Virus record (IMG/VR): IMGVR_UViG_3300028490_000005
Location: 18,338-82,337 of that record
Origin: a virus
Length of the DNA: 64,000 bases
Reading direction: 5' to 3' (one strand)
Position numbers and translations under genes: made by a program. Numbering within the stretch: the first letter of the stretch is position 1; each line of letters opens with the position of its first letter. Below are positions 1 through 10,204 of the stretch, one piece after another. Below the pieces are notes generated by a model, which made no database searches, was not told the origin of the DNA, and saw only the letters and a list, made by a program, of their open reading frames with translations.

Positions 1-70
1 AGAAAGATTCAAAGAAGAACCAGATTCTAAGAAGTTTTCGAGTAAAAATACAATGTTGGAGTGGTTTTGA
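1..70 (+). CDS. 3' end of an upstream gene (...KKFSSKNTMLEWF*), truncated by the window edge
   Basis: Open frame from position 2 to TGA at 68-70, overlapping the start of the next gene; not in the ORF track. Confidence 0.6.
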   Translation, partial: ERFKEEPDSKKFSSKNTMLEWF

Positions 71-2163
71 TATTTAAAATAATTAATGAAAGTGATATAT
101 TGGGTGCAATGATCCCAAATGATTATAAAAAAGATAGTTTTGCTAGAACTGTAATTAGTAAGTGCAACACATATGATTTATGGGATAAAACCTATGGATA
201 TTATGTCGGTGATGAGTTGGTTGGAATTATGATAACTACATTTACAAAGAGAAATCCAATAACTGCTAATTTACAAATTCTATTCACATATTATAGGTAT
301 AGAGGAAACGGTTATGCCAAAGCAATGGTTTTAGAAACTATCCGACAAGCACATGAATATGGTTGTGAATACTATAGGGTGTCATCAGAAGCTAGTGCAG
401 TAGAATTCTATGAAAAAATTGGCTTTAAATTTTTCTGTAAACAAAAAAGTGGGACACAGTTAAGTATTTTTAAAGTTAATAATAGTATAATAGAGGATAA
501 AGATTTTATCCGAGATGAAAATATGGATAAAATGTATTTCAGAAAAGGTAAAGGTGGTTGTGTGGAAATTTTAGGTGAATATAAAAAAGAGGATTTATCT
601 TTCGGTACGGAATTGGAATTTTCGAATATACCGAAGAGTAAAGAGGTTCCCAAAGAGTTGGGAAAATGGGAATATTCTGAACTTGATGTTGTAAATACTA
701 AGGGTGAATATGCATTTAAGTGTGCAGACCCTCGAGGTACAGAAGTTCCAGTCGGTGGGGAAATTAATACAATTCCATCAAAAAACTTTGTTGATCAAGT
801 TGATAAAATTATGAATATCATAAAATATTTTAAGGAAGATGATGTTGATGTTGGATTAACCGCACACACTCATTTACACGTACATATAGATGGTATCGAA
901 GATGATCCGGAAGCATTAGCAAGGTTAGTGAATTATATCTACGATAATCAGGAAACTACCTTGCGAGAATGTTATGCGTTCAATGAAGATATAATTCCAA
1001 AGGAAAAAAGGTTTTCAAAAATTAAAAGGTATCTGAAATTTGATGGTGGGAGACCTTTACCTGAATGGTTCAAGGATAACGCAGTTGATAATGTTGACAC
1101 ATTCGACGGCTTCTTAGACGCTATTGGTTGGGGGATTAAAAAAGAACCAATTAGATATCAACGGTATCACATTAATTTACATGCTTTGAAAAATTCAAAG
1201 ACAATAGAATTCAGGTGTTTCAGGGGATCTTTGGACGAAACTGAGTATTTGGATATGTTTGCATTTGTTCAGGAGTTTATCCTTAATGGGTTGAACGGTG
1301 GTGACTCTGTTCAGGAAATATTAAACAAACGAGACTATAAATTTCCTCGGATGCAATTTAACGAAGATCAGGCGATTGGTTGGCAAGATACGAAATATGA
1401 TTCAAATAGATGTGGTAAGAAGAATAGAGAATATTGGCAAGCAGATAAAGCTTCTGAAAAAATATATGAAATGAAGAAAAAGGAGAAAATTATGGGAAAT
1501 TTACATTTAATAAATTATATGGGTGCAAACGGTGTCGGGAAGTCTACTAGAACTTTTCATTTAGTGGATTACATGAAAAATACCATGGATTTTACTGAAT
1601 TCAAATATGGCATTACACGTAAAGGTAATGATGAAAAGGAAGAAACTATCGGGTTGTTATTTGAAAATGGTTGGTTAGTTCTTGGTAAATTTTCTAAAGA
1701 GAATACTCAATGGGTTTCACTTGATTCAGCCATTTTAAGCAAGTGGGAACATCGTATTGCCTTCATAGAAGACATGTCCAAAAGGGGTGAAATTAAGGTA
1801 GTGTTCATGGAAGGGTATTTCAATAACAGAAGTCGCCAATCATCCCCTGAGAATTTAAAGGCTCACGGGGTTTCCAAAGTGGAAATTCTAACTTCATATT
1901 ATAATGATATATCAGAATTTATTGACAGAACTAATGGTAGAACTGGAAAGAATAGAGGGATGGAATGGGCTGAACAATCTCCTGGATGGAATGATAATAA
2001 ATTATTCGACAAACTATACAATGAATTTATAGAAGAGGTTAATGAGTCTGCTATAGTCGAAAGAATTGATATAAACTCACCCCGTGACACATTGGTCAAT
2101 AGGTTTTTTGATAAGAGTTATGTCAAGAAAGAAGAAGTAAATGTAATGGATGAATGGTTGTAA
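61..2163 (+). CDS. Three-domain fusion: GNAT acetyltransferase + amidoligase (COOH-NH2 ligase) + P-loop nucleotide/DNA kinase; probable DNA-modification enzyme
   Basis: GNAT motifs YRGNGYA and FYEKIGF; amidoligase motifs FGTELEF, GGEINT, HLHVH, TIEFRCFRGS; Walker A GANGVGKST followed by VLGKF and VFMEG. True start may be TTG at 67. Confidence 0.8.
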   Translation: MVLIFKIINESDILGAMIPNDYKKDSFARTVISKCNTYDLWDKTYGYYVGDELVGIMITTFTKRNPITANLQILFTYYRYRGNGYAKAMVLETIRQAHEYGCEYYRVSSEASAVEFYEKIGFKFFCKQKSGTQLSIFKVNNSIIEDKDFIRDENMDKMYFRKGKGGCVEILGEYKKEDLSFGTELEFSNIPKSKEVPKELGKWEYSELDVVNTKGEYAFKCADPRGTEVPVGGEINTIPSKNFVDQVDKIMNIIKYFKEDDVDVGLTAHTHLHVHIDGIEDDPEALARLVNYIYDNQETTLRECYAFNEDIIPKEKRFSKIKRYLKFDGGRPLPEWFKDNAVDNVDTFDGFLDAIGWGIKKEPIRYQRYHINLHALKNSKTIEFRCFRGSLDETEYLDMFAFVQEFILNGLNGGDSVQEILNKRDYKFPRMQFNEDQAIGWQDTKYDSNRCGKKNREYWQADKASEKIYEMKKKEKIMGNLHLINYMGANGVGKSTRTFHLVDYMKNTMDFTEFKYGITRKGNDEKEETIGLLFENGWLVLGKFSKENTQWVSLDSAILSKWEHRIAFIEDMSKRGEIKVVFMEGYFNNRSRQSSPENLKAHGVSKVEILTSYYNDISEFIDRTNGRTGKNRGMEWAEQSPGWNDNKLFDKLYNEFIEEVNESAIVERIDINSPRDTLVNRFFDKSYVKKEEVNVMDEWL

Positions 2164-2738
2164 TGGATATATTTGATCTACTGAGAACTGAAGTAATTGT
2201 ACACGACGACGAAATTTCAGAACATGTTGCATTCAAGGTAAAAGAAATTCAGGGTAACAACCAAACATTTGGTCGTGACCAAATGACAATGGAAAACCAT
2301 GTGAAAAGTGGTTCAATTCTCGAGATAGGGCTTGCTAAGTTAATTGATGGAGTTGTTAATCCAAATCTATTCGATTCAAGTGATCCTGAAAGCTTTGCTT
2401 GGGATGTTGAAAAAGGTGGTGTTAGGTTTGAAGTCAAATCATCACCAAAGGCAGATTCTTGGTTTAATTTTAATCTCCATGGTGTTGAGAATAGTTCTAA
2501 TGAAACACTAACCAGAGTTAATTTAACAACTTTTCTGAAATATTCATCATATTCTAATTTCATTATCGCTGGGTATTATACTGAAAGTGGTAGTGGTTAT
2601 GTTGTGAAGTTTAAGTGGTTGATGAAATCACTCACATTTCAAAATTATGTTAAAAAGTCTAGAGCTTCTGGAAAGGGGACTACTAATTATTATGATATCG
2701 TCAGTTCGAAGAGAAATTTGGATTGTTTCGAACTTTAA
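2154..2738 (+). CDS. denB: DenB (T4 endonuclease IV)-like PD-(D/E)xK nuclease
   Basis: DPESFAWDVEKGGVRFEVKS resembles the T4 DenB segment DPYTYAWDV...LRVEVKT as recalled; similar length; likely start ATG 2163. Confidence 0.7.
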   Translation: MVVMDIFDLLRTEVIVHDDEISEHVAFKVKEIQGNNQTFGRDQMTMENHVKSGSILEIGLAKLIDGVVNPNLFDSSDPESFAWDVEKGGVRFEVKSSPKADSWFNFNLHGVENSSNETLTRVNLTTFLKYSSYSNFIIAGYYTESGSGYVVKFKWLMKSLTFQNYVKKSRASGKGTTNYYDIVSSKRNLDCFEL

Positions 2739-2791
2739 GATTGTTTTAAGTTAAATTACGCTATAATATACGAAATAAAGAAGGGTAAATT

Positions 2792-3949
2792 ATGATAAGA
2801 GAACTAGACGCAAAATCCGAGAAAAATAAGAAAAGATTAATAAAGTTACTCAATGACGATATTGTATTGGTTGCCGATGAAAATAAAATTTGTAGGTTGA
2901 GAACTAAGGATTTAGAATGTGTTGATGGTGAAATTTCCACAGCTGAATTCCATAAACAAAAATCACATGATATTTTTATTAATGAATCACTTTGGTACAT
3001 ATACTTCATCAATAAAGACAAAAAAGAATTTGGTATTAAATTCAACAGCCAATCAGACGCAGTTTCCTTTTGGTATAAAGAAGTATTCAATGTAGATGAT
3101 GCGACTTTTGTGACTGTAGTTGCTACAGAGACAGCTAATGAAGAGAGAGTGAAAATAGTTTTGGAAAACAACAAATCATATTCATTCACTGAAAGATTGA
3201 TGTCAAATAGTGGTGAAGAAGCTAGAGCATATAAATTCTATTCACATAAATTGGATGAGTACGCTATAATTTCGAAAGATAATTTAAAAGATAATTGTGA
3301 GACATTGGATTTAGATGATCATTTACCAGCTGAATATCTATTTTGTGTGGAATATGAAAGAATTTTTAACATAAGCCTTGATTATAGAAATATCATCTCA
3401 CTTGAATATGTCAATAAAGATGGTCAAAAATTGGCTACTTTTAAGGACGGTTCTTCATATAAATATAACCAGTCTCAATTACATCGAAATAATAACTTTC
3501 CAATTATGTCATATATGAATTTTGGCTCAGAAGAATTTAAATCTCTTGTTTGTAGAATTACTGGACATAGATTTTTCAATGACAGTAAAATCCTAAAACA
3601 TCAAAATTATTCTGCTAAATTTAGTGCTGATTTTCACCACATGTTAGTTATTGATGGTGCAAGCGTACATAAGATTAGTAAAGAACCTTCTGCACTATTA
3701 AACGGTAAAATGAATGACCAAATATTCTTTGAATTGTTGTTTTGTACTATGATTTCTGGTTACGCTCATAAAGATTACCATTCAAAAGCTAGGAATATGA
3801 AGTTAAGTGATTACTATGAAGAACATTTACCGTTACACGTAGTGAGTGAGAGCCACTACTACATTACTCATAAGAAATATGGATTTGTACCGAGACTTAC
3901 TTGGCACGAGTTTAGACAAGCATTGGAAGGGGTATTAACAATTGATTAA
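2792..3949 (+). CDS. Hypothetical protein
   Basis: 385-aa ORF with its own promoter (TATAAT 2762-2767); no recognised motif. Confidence 0.6.
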   Translation: MIRELDAKSEKNKKRLIKLLNDDIVLVADENKICRLRTKDLECVDGEISTAEFHKQKSHDIFINESLWYIYFINKDKKEFGIKFNSQSDAVSFWYKEVFNVDDATFVTVVATETANEERVKIVLENNKSYSFTERLMSNSGEEARAYKFYSHKLDEYAIISKDNLKDNCETLDLDDHLPAEYLFCVEYERIFNISLDYRNIISLEYVNKDGQKLATFKDGSSYKYNQSQLHRNNNFPIMSYMNFGSEEFKSLVCRITGHRFFNDSKILKHQNYSAKFSADFHHMLVIDGASVHKISKEPSALLNGKMNDQIFFELLFCTMISGYAHKDYHSKARNMKLSDYYEEHLPLHVVSESHYYITHKKYGFVPRLTWHEFRQALEGVLTID

Positions 3950-4201
3950 TTTACTTGGGCAAAAGGATTGGGGTGTTGGATACATAAAGCAATGTAGGAA
4001 TGATCAAGTGAAGGTGGAAATCGAAGATTACATAAACAAATTGTCATCTGGGTTTAAATATGATTATGATATATCTGATATACAAATACATAAGATTAAC
4101 GATTCTATGTATTGTTCAGTTTGGTTTTCATATTCTAGAACCAAATAATTAAGTCTCCTTTAAGGTTTTACAGATATAATAAAACAAAAAGGAGACTATG
4201 T

Positions 4202-5311
4202 TTGAAACCAACATTAATAAACGGAAAAAGTATAAATGAGGTCGTATTCAATTCACTGGATAGACTTATTCATAACGGATACCGAACAAAATCAAGAAAC
4301 GGTGATATTAACACCGTGTATAACGCATTTGTCACTCTAGACAATCCCAAGGCAAGACACCTTTCATTAGAAGGGCGTAAAAACAACATATTCGCAACAA
4401 TAGCCGAGACTTTCTGGGTATTCGCTGGTTCTAATGATATAGACCCTTATTTGAGCTTCTTTCTACCAAGAGCTAAAGACTTTTCAGATGACGGTAAAAC
4501 ATGGCGTGGTGGTTATCCTGAGCGTATTTTCGCGAATGAACAAATCGACGATGTCATTGAACAATTTAGAAACGAGGGTATTCATACCAGACGAGCAGTT
4601 ATGGTAATTTCAGACCCAAGCCTTGATACAAGGGTGGCACTTGATAAGGTGTATGGACTTGAAACAACTAAAGATAGACCATGCAATATGATTATTGACT
4701 TCTTTATTACACCAGACAAACGATTACACATGAACGTGAAATCAAGATCAGGTGATGTAATTTGGGGATTTGGATCAATTAATATTTTTGAATGGACTTT
4801 CCTTCAAGAAATGATTTTAGGTTATATCCAAGATGAAATTGACCCTGATGTAACACTCGGAGAATACAACCATCACGTGACGAATTTACACCTTTATGAC
4901 TTCAATGGCTCACAAGGTTACGATGTAGTAAGAAATAAGCTTGAACAGAAGTTAGGGTTAAATGCTGATGACAAAATTGAATTCCCAGTTATTGAAGAAG
5001 TACATGAGTTCTTTAAAGAACTTGTAAATATGTATAGTAAATGTATCACCTCTCCGGAGTTACCAGATTTTGGTAGAGATATACTTGATATGAACTTCAT
5101 TTTCGATAAATATAGAGTTCCTCAAACAGATAATATCTTGTATGAATATGCTTGTTTGGTTTTAGCGTATATTATGCAAAAACGCCATAAGTTAGCAGAA
5201 GAAGATTTCTTCCTCTTAATAGACCTCAAAGCATCTGACGAATTCTTCCATTGTATAGAAAGTTCACCGTTCAAGAAGTTTGAAATTGAAAGAGTAACGG
5301 GGAATCATTAA
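4202..5311 (+). CDS. Thymidylate-synthase-family enzyme, probably dUMP hydroxymethylase
   Basis: Catalytic PC (DRPCN), RSGDVIWG..IN..EW, YNHHVTNLHLY; Asn at the specificity position points to dUMP; WG-x-x-x-IN pattern typical of phage hydroxymethylases; TTG start with AGGAG. Confidence 0.8.
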   Translation: MKPTLINGKSINEVVFNSLDRLIHNGYRTKSRNGDINTVYNAFVTLDNPKARHLSLEGRKNNIFATIAETFWVFAGSNDIDPYLSFFLPRAKDFSDDGKTWRGGYPERIFANEQIDDVIEQFRNEGIHTRRAVMVISDPSLDTRVALDKVYGLETTKDRPCNMIIDFFITPDKRLHMNVKSRSGDVIWGFGSINIFEWTFLQEMILGYIQDEIDPDVTLGEYNHHVTNLHLYDFNGSQGYDVVRNKLEQKLGLNADDKIEFPVIEEVHEFFKELVNMYSKCITSPELPDFGRDILDMNFIFDKYRVPQTDNILYEYACLVLAYIMQKRHKLAEEDFFLLIDLKASDEFFHCIESSPFKKFEIERVTGNH

Positions 5312-5526
5312 TGGAAATTTATGAAATCACAATTAATGATGAAGTTTTTGTTAGTATGGATACGGATTACGAAGGCACAATCGATACTGTAATTCTTGAG
5401 AATAATCTATATGGTAAGAATAAATTCCTAAGAAAAGAATTCTTTCATAGATTTACTGAAGATGGACCAGAAAAAATAACACGGATAGAAATGTCTAAAA
5501 TTTTAATTCACAGTGAGGATAATTAG

Positions 5527-6348
5527 ATGACAAGTTGGGAAATGATTGAACGAAACGCAAAAGAAGTTAGAGAGAACGGGTATTATATTCAAAGAGGTAT
5601 GCTTTCAAATTTAGATATTGAATGTATCCTTGACGTAACAATTCCTGCAATAGCTAATAATTATACAGAAGAATATGTAGAAAAGCGTTTGTATAGAAAA
5701 CGCGAGAATACTGAAGGGAGACAAGGCGATGCTGTATTAATGTCTATTGGTACACCAGATACAGCACCATTCATGTCGCTAGATGATAGATTCCCTTGTA
5801 TTGGTGGGTTGTACTTAAGTTACGTGAACACATTAAGTCAACTCCTTTATGGTGATTTTAGACTTGAAGATAATACAAAAGTTCTTGTAAATTATCAACA
5901 ATACAAAGAAGGGGCAAGTAATTCTTTACCTTTCCACTTTGACGCTGAGATTTTCAAGGGTGATTGGAACAAAGACTACATTAAGCTTGAAGAAGGGCTT
6001 ATCCCTAGAATGGTAATGGTGGTTGTGCTTGAAAATGAAAATGATGGTAAGGGCTTACAAATCATGACACCAAAGGGTGACATCATTGATTTAGACCTTG
6101 TTCCTGGAGACATTTTATATTTCGATAATACGGCTGTTCTACATGGTGTACCAGATGATCTTGATAAAAAGCGTACAATGATTGGTTTCAGAAGTTTTGA
6201 AACTGAACCACTTTTATTCAATAAACTTGGGTTTATGGATGGAACGGGTGTTATTGAGATTGATACACCATATGTCAAGGGTGAAGCGATTGAACTTACT
6301 ACTGAAAACGCAAAAGAAGAACTAATAAGAGAAGGATGGTATTATTAA
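5527..6348 (+). CDS. 2OG-Fe(II) dioxygenase superfamily protein
   Basis: HxD (PFHFD), distal H (VLHGV) and R (KRTMIGFR) in the spacing of a double-stranded beta-helix. Confidence 0.75.
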   Translation: MTSWEMIERNAKEVRENGYYIQRGMLSNLDIECILDVTIPAIANNYTEEYVEKRLYRKRENTEGRQGDAVLMSIGTPDTAPFMSLDDRFPCIGGLYLSYVNTLSQLLYGDFRLEDNTKVLVNYQQYKEGASNSLPFHFDAEIFKGDWNKDYIKLEEGLIPRMVMVVVLENENDGKGLQIMTPKGDIIDLDLVPGDILYFDNTAVLHGVPDDLDKKRTMIGFRSFETEPLLFNKLGFMDGTGVIEIDTPYVKGEAIELTTENAKEELIREGWYY

Positions 6349-6530
6349 TGAAAAAGTATAAATATTCAAAGTTGGTAGAGAAGGACATTGTTAAGAGATG
6401 TCCTTCTTGTGAGGGTTCTGGGCGTTGGTATGGTCATGGAGCATTCGGTGAACCAGAAAGTGATACGTGTGGCAGATGTCGTGGTGAAGGTGTTATATTA
6501 AATTGGGATAATATTAATCGGGAAAAATGA
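6336..6530 (+). CDS. Small DnaJ-type zinc-finger protein
   Basis: Two CxxCxGxG motifs (CPSCEGSG, CGRCRGEG). Confidence 0.65.
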   Translation: MVLLMKKYKYSKLVEKDIVKRCPSCEGSGRWYGHGAFGEPESDTCGRCRGEGVILNWDNINREK

Positions 6531-6735
6531 TGATTGAAATTAATGATGTGAGACAACTTGACCAATTAAAAATCGGTGCTGATTTTAAGCTAGTCAGTGG
6601 GTTGAATATCCTCATCACCGATACGGGAATGAATTTAATCTTCATAGAAACTGAACATCTAACCATAAAGGCGTTCCCACTTGGGGAAGGCATGTATAGA
6701 TTTAAAGATAAACAAATAAACATTTAGGAAAAATA

Positions 6736-7278
6736 ATGATAAATATAAATTTTTTTGGTGGACCTGGAACGGGAAAATCAACAACATCAACTGGAGTTTT
6801 CCATGCTATGAAAAAAGAAGGGTATAGTGTCGAATACGTTTCGGAATATGCTAAAGACCTTGTTTACAGTAAAGATTATTTCAAACTCAAAGATCAATTA
6901 ATGATTTTGGCTAACCAATCTCATCCTTGGTTCAAATTAGAAGAACAAGTGGACTTTACTATTAATGATGGACCATTTCTTCTTGGGTTAGTATATTTAC
7001 AAGACAACCCGCATATGCCAACTGAAGAGTTTAAAGCGTTCTTGGTAGCGATGTGGAATTCATATACCCACATTAACATATTCATTGAAAGAGACGTAGA
7101 AGCTCACGGTTATCAAGAATATGGGCGTGGTCAAACATTAGCAGAAGCTGTTGAAAAAGATAACGAAATCAAACAAATCCTTTATGATAACAATATACCG
7201 TTCTTTTCAGTTGTGATGGGTGATGACACGGTTCAATATGCTCTTGATATTATTAAAGATTTGAAAAGGGGTAAATAA
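6736..7278 (+). CDS. P-loop kinase/ATPase (AAA_28/NadR-kinase-like)
   Basis: NFFGGPGTGKST Walker A, EYAKD, YQEYGRGQT. Confidence 0.75.
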   Translation: MININFFGGPGTGKSTTSTGVFHAMKKEGYSVEYVSEYAKDLVYSKDYFKLKDQLMILANQSHPWFKLEEQVDFTINDGPFLLGLVYLQDNPHMPTEEFKAFLVAMWNSYTHINIFIERDVEAHGYQEYGRGQTLAEAVEKDNEIKQILYDNNIPFFSVVMGDDTVQYALDIIKDLKRGK

Positions 7279-7830
7279 ATGGAAACAATTAAAATAGCGT
7301 TCATGGGTGTCAGTGGTAGTGGTAAAGATTACATTGTAGATGTAGCAAAAAAGAATTTCGAATTCACGAGGTTCAGTTTCTCTGACCAACTAAAGAAATT
7401 GGGTGCTAAAATATACCCATGGTTGGAAAGTGATTATCCACCAGAAGAAAAGGAAAAGTCACTTAATATTAAGATTCCTGAGACTGGTGAAGTAATTACT
7501 AAATCACCAAGGGAAATTTGGCTAGAACTTAATAAAATGAGAAATGTAGAAGATAACTTATTTGTCAGGATGTTGGCTCATGAAATTTGGTTGACACAAG
7601 TTGACCGTCTAGTAATATCTGATATTAGAACGCAAAATGAATATGATTGGTGTGTGGAAAATGATTTTACTATCATCGCCATAAAAGGGGATGCCAAACA
7701 CCCTGAAAACTCATTTGATGACTGGGTTAGAGACATGATAGACATGGGTGAATATGATTTTGAATTTACTAATGAATTTGATGGTCATGAAAAGATTGAG
7801 ACTTTCTTTACAAGTTGCTTCGACCTTTAA
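7279..7830 (+). CDS. Deoxynucleoside monophosphate kinase (T4 gp1-like)
   Basis: GVSGSGKD, FSDQLK, SPREIW, VISDIRTQNE. Confidence 0.8.
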   Translation: METIKIAFMGVSGSGKDYIVDVAKKNFEFTRFSFSDQLKKLGAKIYPWLESDYPPEEKEKSLNIKIPETGEVITKSPREIWLELNKMRNVEDNLFVRMLAHEIWLTQVDRLVISDIRTQNEYDWCVENDFTIIAIKGDAKHPENSFDDWVRDMIDMGEYDFEFTNEFDGHEKIETFFTSCFDL

Positions 7831-7885
7831 GCAAGGTTTAAGTTACATTACGGTATAATAGAGTATAAAGTTTGAAAGGCTTAAA
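7826..7885 (+). promoter_or_regulatory. Early promoter + RBS repeat (type copy)
   Basis: TTTAAGCAAGGTTTAAGTTACATTACGGTATAATAGAGTATAAAGTTTGAAAGGCTTAAA then ATG. Confidence 0.85.
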
Positions 7886-9311
7886 ATGGAAATATTAAAT
7901 TTTATTTTACTGTTTGTTACAGTAACTTACGGTATCGTGTATGGAGTTAGAAATTGGGCATTAGGATTTATTGGTTTATTTGGAAGTGGTACTAGACAAA
8001 GCACTTTAGGTAATATTCTAGATGGTCTTTTTATGACAGCAGTTCTTTACTTCTTGACATACGGTAAAACGTTTATAGCAACTGTAATAGCAGGAGCTTA
8101 GTATGAATTCTAACCAAACCATATCAGAACTTATAGATACAGTGATTTGTGGGAATAAAATTGCTGGAGATGTAACTTATACAAAAATGGCAAACTCTGT
8201 CACATTTAAAGAAATCAAACAATATTGTGACGAATACGAATATAATCTTGTTGGTTCATATTGGGCTCCAAGGGGTGACCATCAAATATACCCTAAACAA
8301 ATGGGTACTGGGAACACAATCAGTAAATTGGATTTTTTCGATAAAATAATTAAACAATCTTTTTAAGCAAGGTTTAAGCGAAGTTACGGTATAATAGAGT
8401 ATATTAAAAGTTTGAAAGGCTTAAAATGGTTTACACAGAATTAAAGTTTGTTAGATTGATGGAAGAATTAGATGCAATGAGAGATGAAATGTCAGATTTG
8501 GGTGGTGAGTTCAACTCAATTGAAGATAGAGATGCAGATTACGAAACACATGATGAAGAGGGAGATATTCTACCTGATAGTTTTGACCGTTTAGAAGAAA
8601 TTGAAATTTTAATCGAAATTCTAGAAGCTAAAGAAACTGATATTGCTAAACAACTTGGTGTTACGGCAATGGTTCTCGAAACACATTTCGACTCTTGTAT
8701 CACCAATAGATGGGAAATTTACGCTCAAGTAATGAGTGCAGATATTGTTCCAATTCACACCACTAAAAATAGAAAGGTTTAAAATGAAATTATCAGTAAA
8801 ATTAGACATTGTAACAATAGTTTACAAACCAACCAACGCAGAAATTTTTAAGTGTGTTCAGTTCAACCAAAGTGAAGATGACACTATCTCAAATATTCCA
8901 AATAAAATTGATCACAACTTTACACCATCCCCTGAACATTTAGAGGAACTTGAGCAAAGTATGGTGATGTATGACGGTGAGCTAAATATCGAAGGGTACG
9001 AAGATCTATATAGGTTTTTGAGTAATGTCGAAGGGCACGATTTCTTTGATGTAAATTATTCTTCTCAAACTGTGGAGTTTTAAGCAAGGTTTAAGCTATA
9101 TTAGGGTATAATAGTATATAAAATATAAAGGCTTAAAATGGACATAGATCTTACAGACGGAAAACGTTTATTTATAGACACTAAAGGGCTTGGAGAAATC
9201 TTAATTAAAGAAACTTCAAAAGGCTTAGAAATCTCTGCTACCAACGCTTCAATTTTAATTAAGCCACGTGGAGAAAACGCAATCACCATTATCAATCAGG
9301 AGATAGAATGA
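7886..9311 (+). other. Cluster of small early hypothetical genes (7886, 8103, 8426 very acidic, ~8784, and an untracked 57-aa ORF 9138-9311)
   Basis: ORFs at 7886, 8426 and 9138 each follow a copy of the promoter/RBS repeat. Confidence 0.6.
8362..8425 (+). promoter_or_regulatory. Early promoter + RBS repeat
   Basis: Near-identical to 7826. Confidence 0.85.
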
Positions 9312-10204
9312 AATCAAAATTTGAAACATTAGGTGATAGACTCAAAGACTATGAAGCTCAATATGAATATTATATTTGGTCAGATAAACATATTGTAGTA
9401 CGAATTGACGGGCACAAGTTCTCAAAGTATACTAAGGGGTTCAAGCGACCATTTGACGAAATTCTTTCAAAAGCTATGGAACAAACGACTATTGATTTGG
9501 TTCAAGAGTTTCAAGCCGTTGTAGGATATACACAAAGCGATGAAATTACATTAGTAATTCCTTCACCGAAGCCTAAAAAAGTTCATTACAACAAGTTACC
9601 TTCACAAGATTTGAAGCACACGTATTCAGGTAGAATTCAGAAGATTGCTTCATTAACTGCGGGGTTCGCTACTATGGCGTTCAACAGACATTTATTATCT
9701 CTTTACAAAGAACAAAAAATATTAGAGAAGGATTTAGATCAAACTCACGGAATAGAATACAGAAGGGAATTTGGGAAATATATGAATACTATTGAGGGCA
9801 AACTTGGCAAGGCTTGGTTTGATTCCCGTGTTTACGCTGTACCAAACGACGTAGAAGCGTTCAACTCTGTTCTATGGCGAGTTAGGGATGCAGAAAAGAA
9901 CAGCCGTTCAATGTTCGCTCAGGCTCATTGTAGTCACAAGGCACTTCAAAACATGTCTGGTAGAGAGCAAGTAGATTTCTGTAAGGAAACGACGGGTGAA
10001 GATTGGGATCTTGTTGATGATAGATATAAGTACGGAATTCTCGTAAAGAAAGAGAAGTACATGAAAGCTGTTGATTTCGACCAAAATGATACAGTGTATG
10101 AAGGTCCAGAAGAAGTTGAAAGAACTCGGTTGGTTTCATTTAGTAAACATCTAGTATTCAGCGAAGAAAACGTTGAATTGATTATGAGTAAGTATAAAGG
10201 ATAA
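9308..10204 (+). CDS. thg1: tRNA-His guanylyltransferase Thg1-like 3'-5' polymerase
   Basis: RIDGHKFSKYT, YTQSDEIT, GRIQK, FDSRV, WRVRDAEKNS. Confidence 0.93.
   Translation: MKSKFETLGDRLKDYEAQYEYYIWSDKHIVVRIDGHKFSKYTKGFKRPFDEILSKAMEQTTIDLVQEFQAVVGYTQSDEITLVIPSPKPKKVHYNKLPSQDLKHTYSGRIQKIASLTAGFATMAFNRHLLSLYKEQKILEKDLDQTHGIEYRREFGKYMNTIEGKLGKAWFDSRVYAVPNDVEAFNSVLWRVRDAEKNSRSMFAQAHCSHKALQNMSGREQVDFCKETTGEDWDLVDDRYKYGILVKKEKYMKAVDFDQNDTVYEGPEEVERTRLVSFSKHLVFSEENVELIMSKYKG

Noticed and set aside
4202-5311. Canonical ThyA or T4 gp42 dCMP hydroxymethylase
   Set aside because: Lacks ThyA PCH and LPFN; has Asn where gp42 has Asp; neither can be fully excluded without a search
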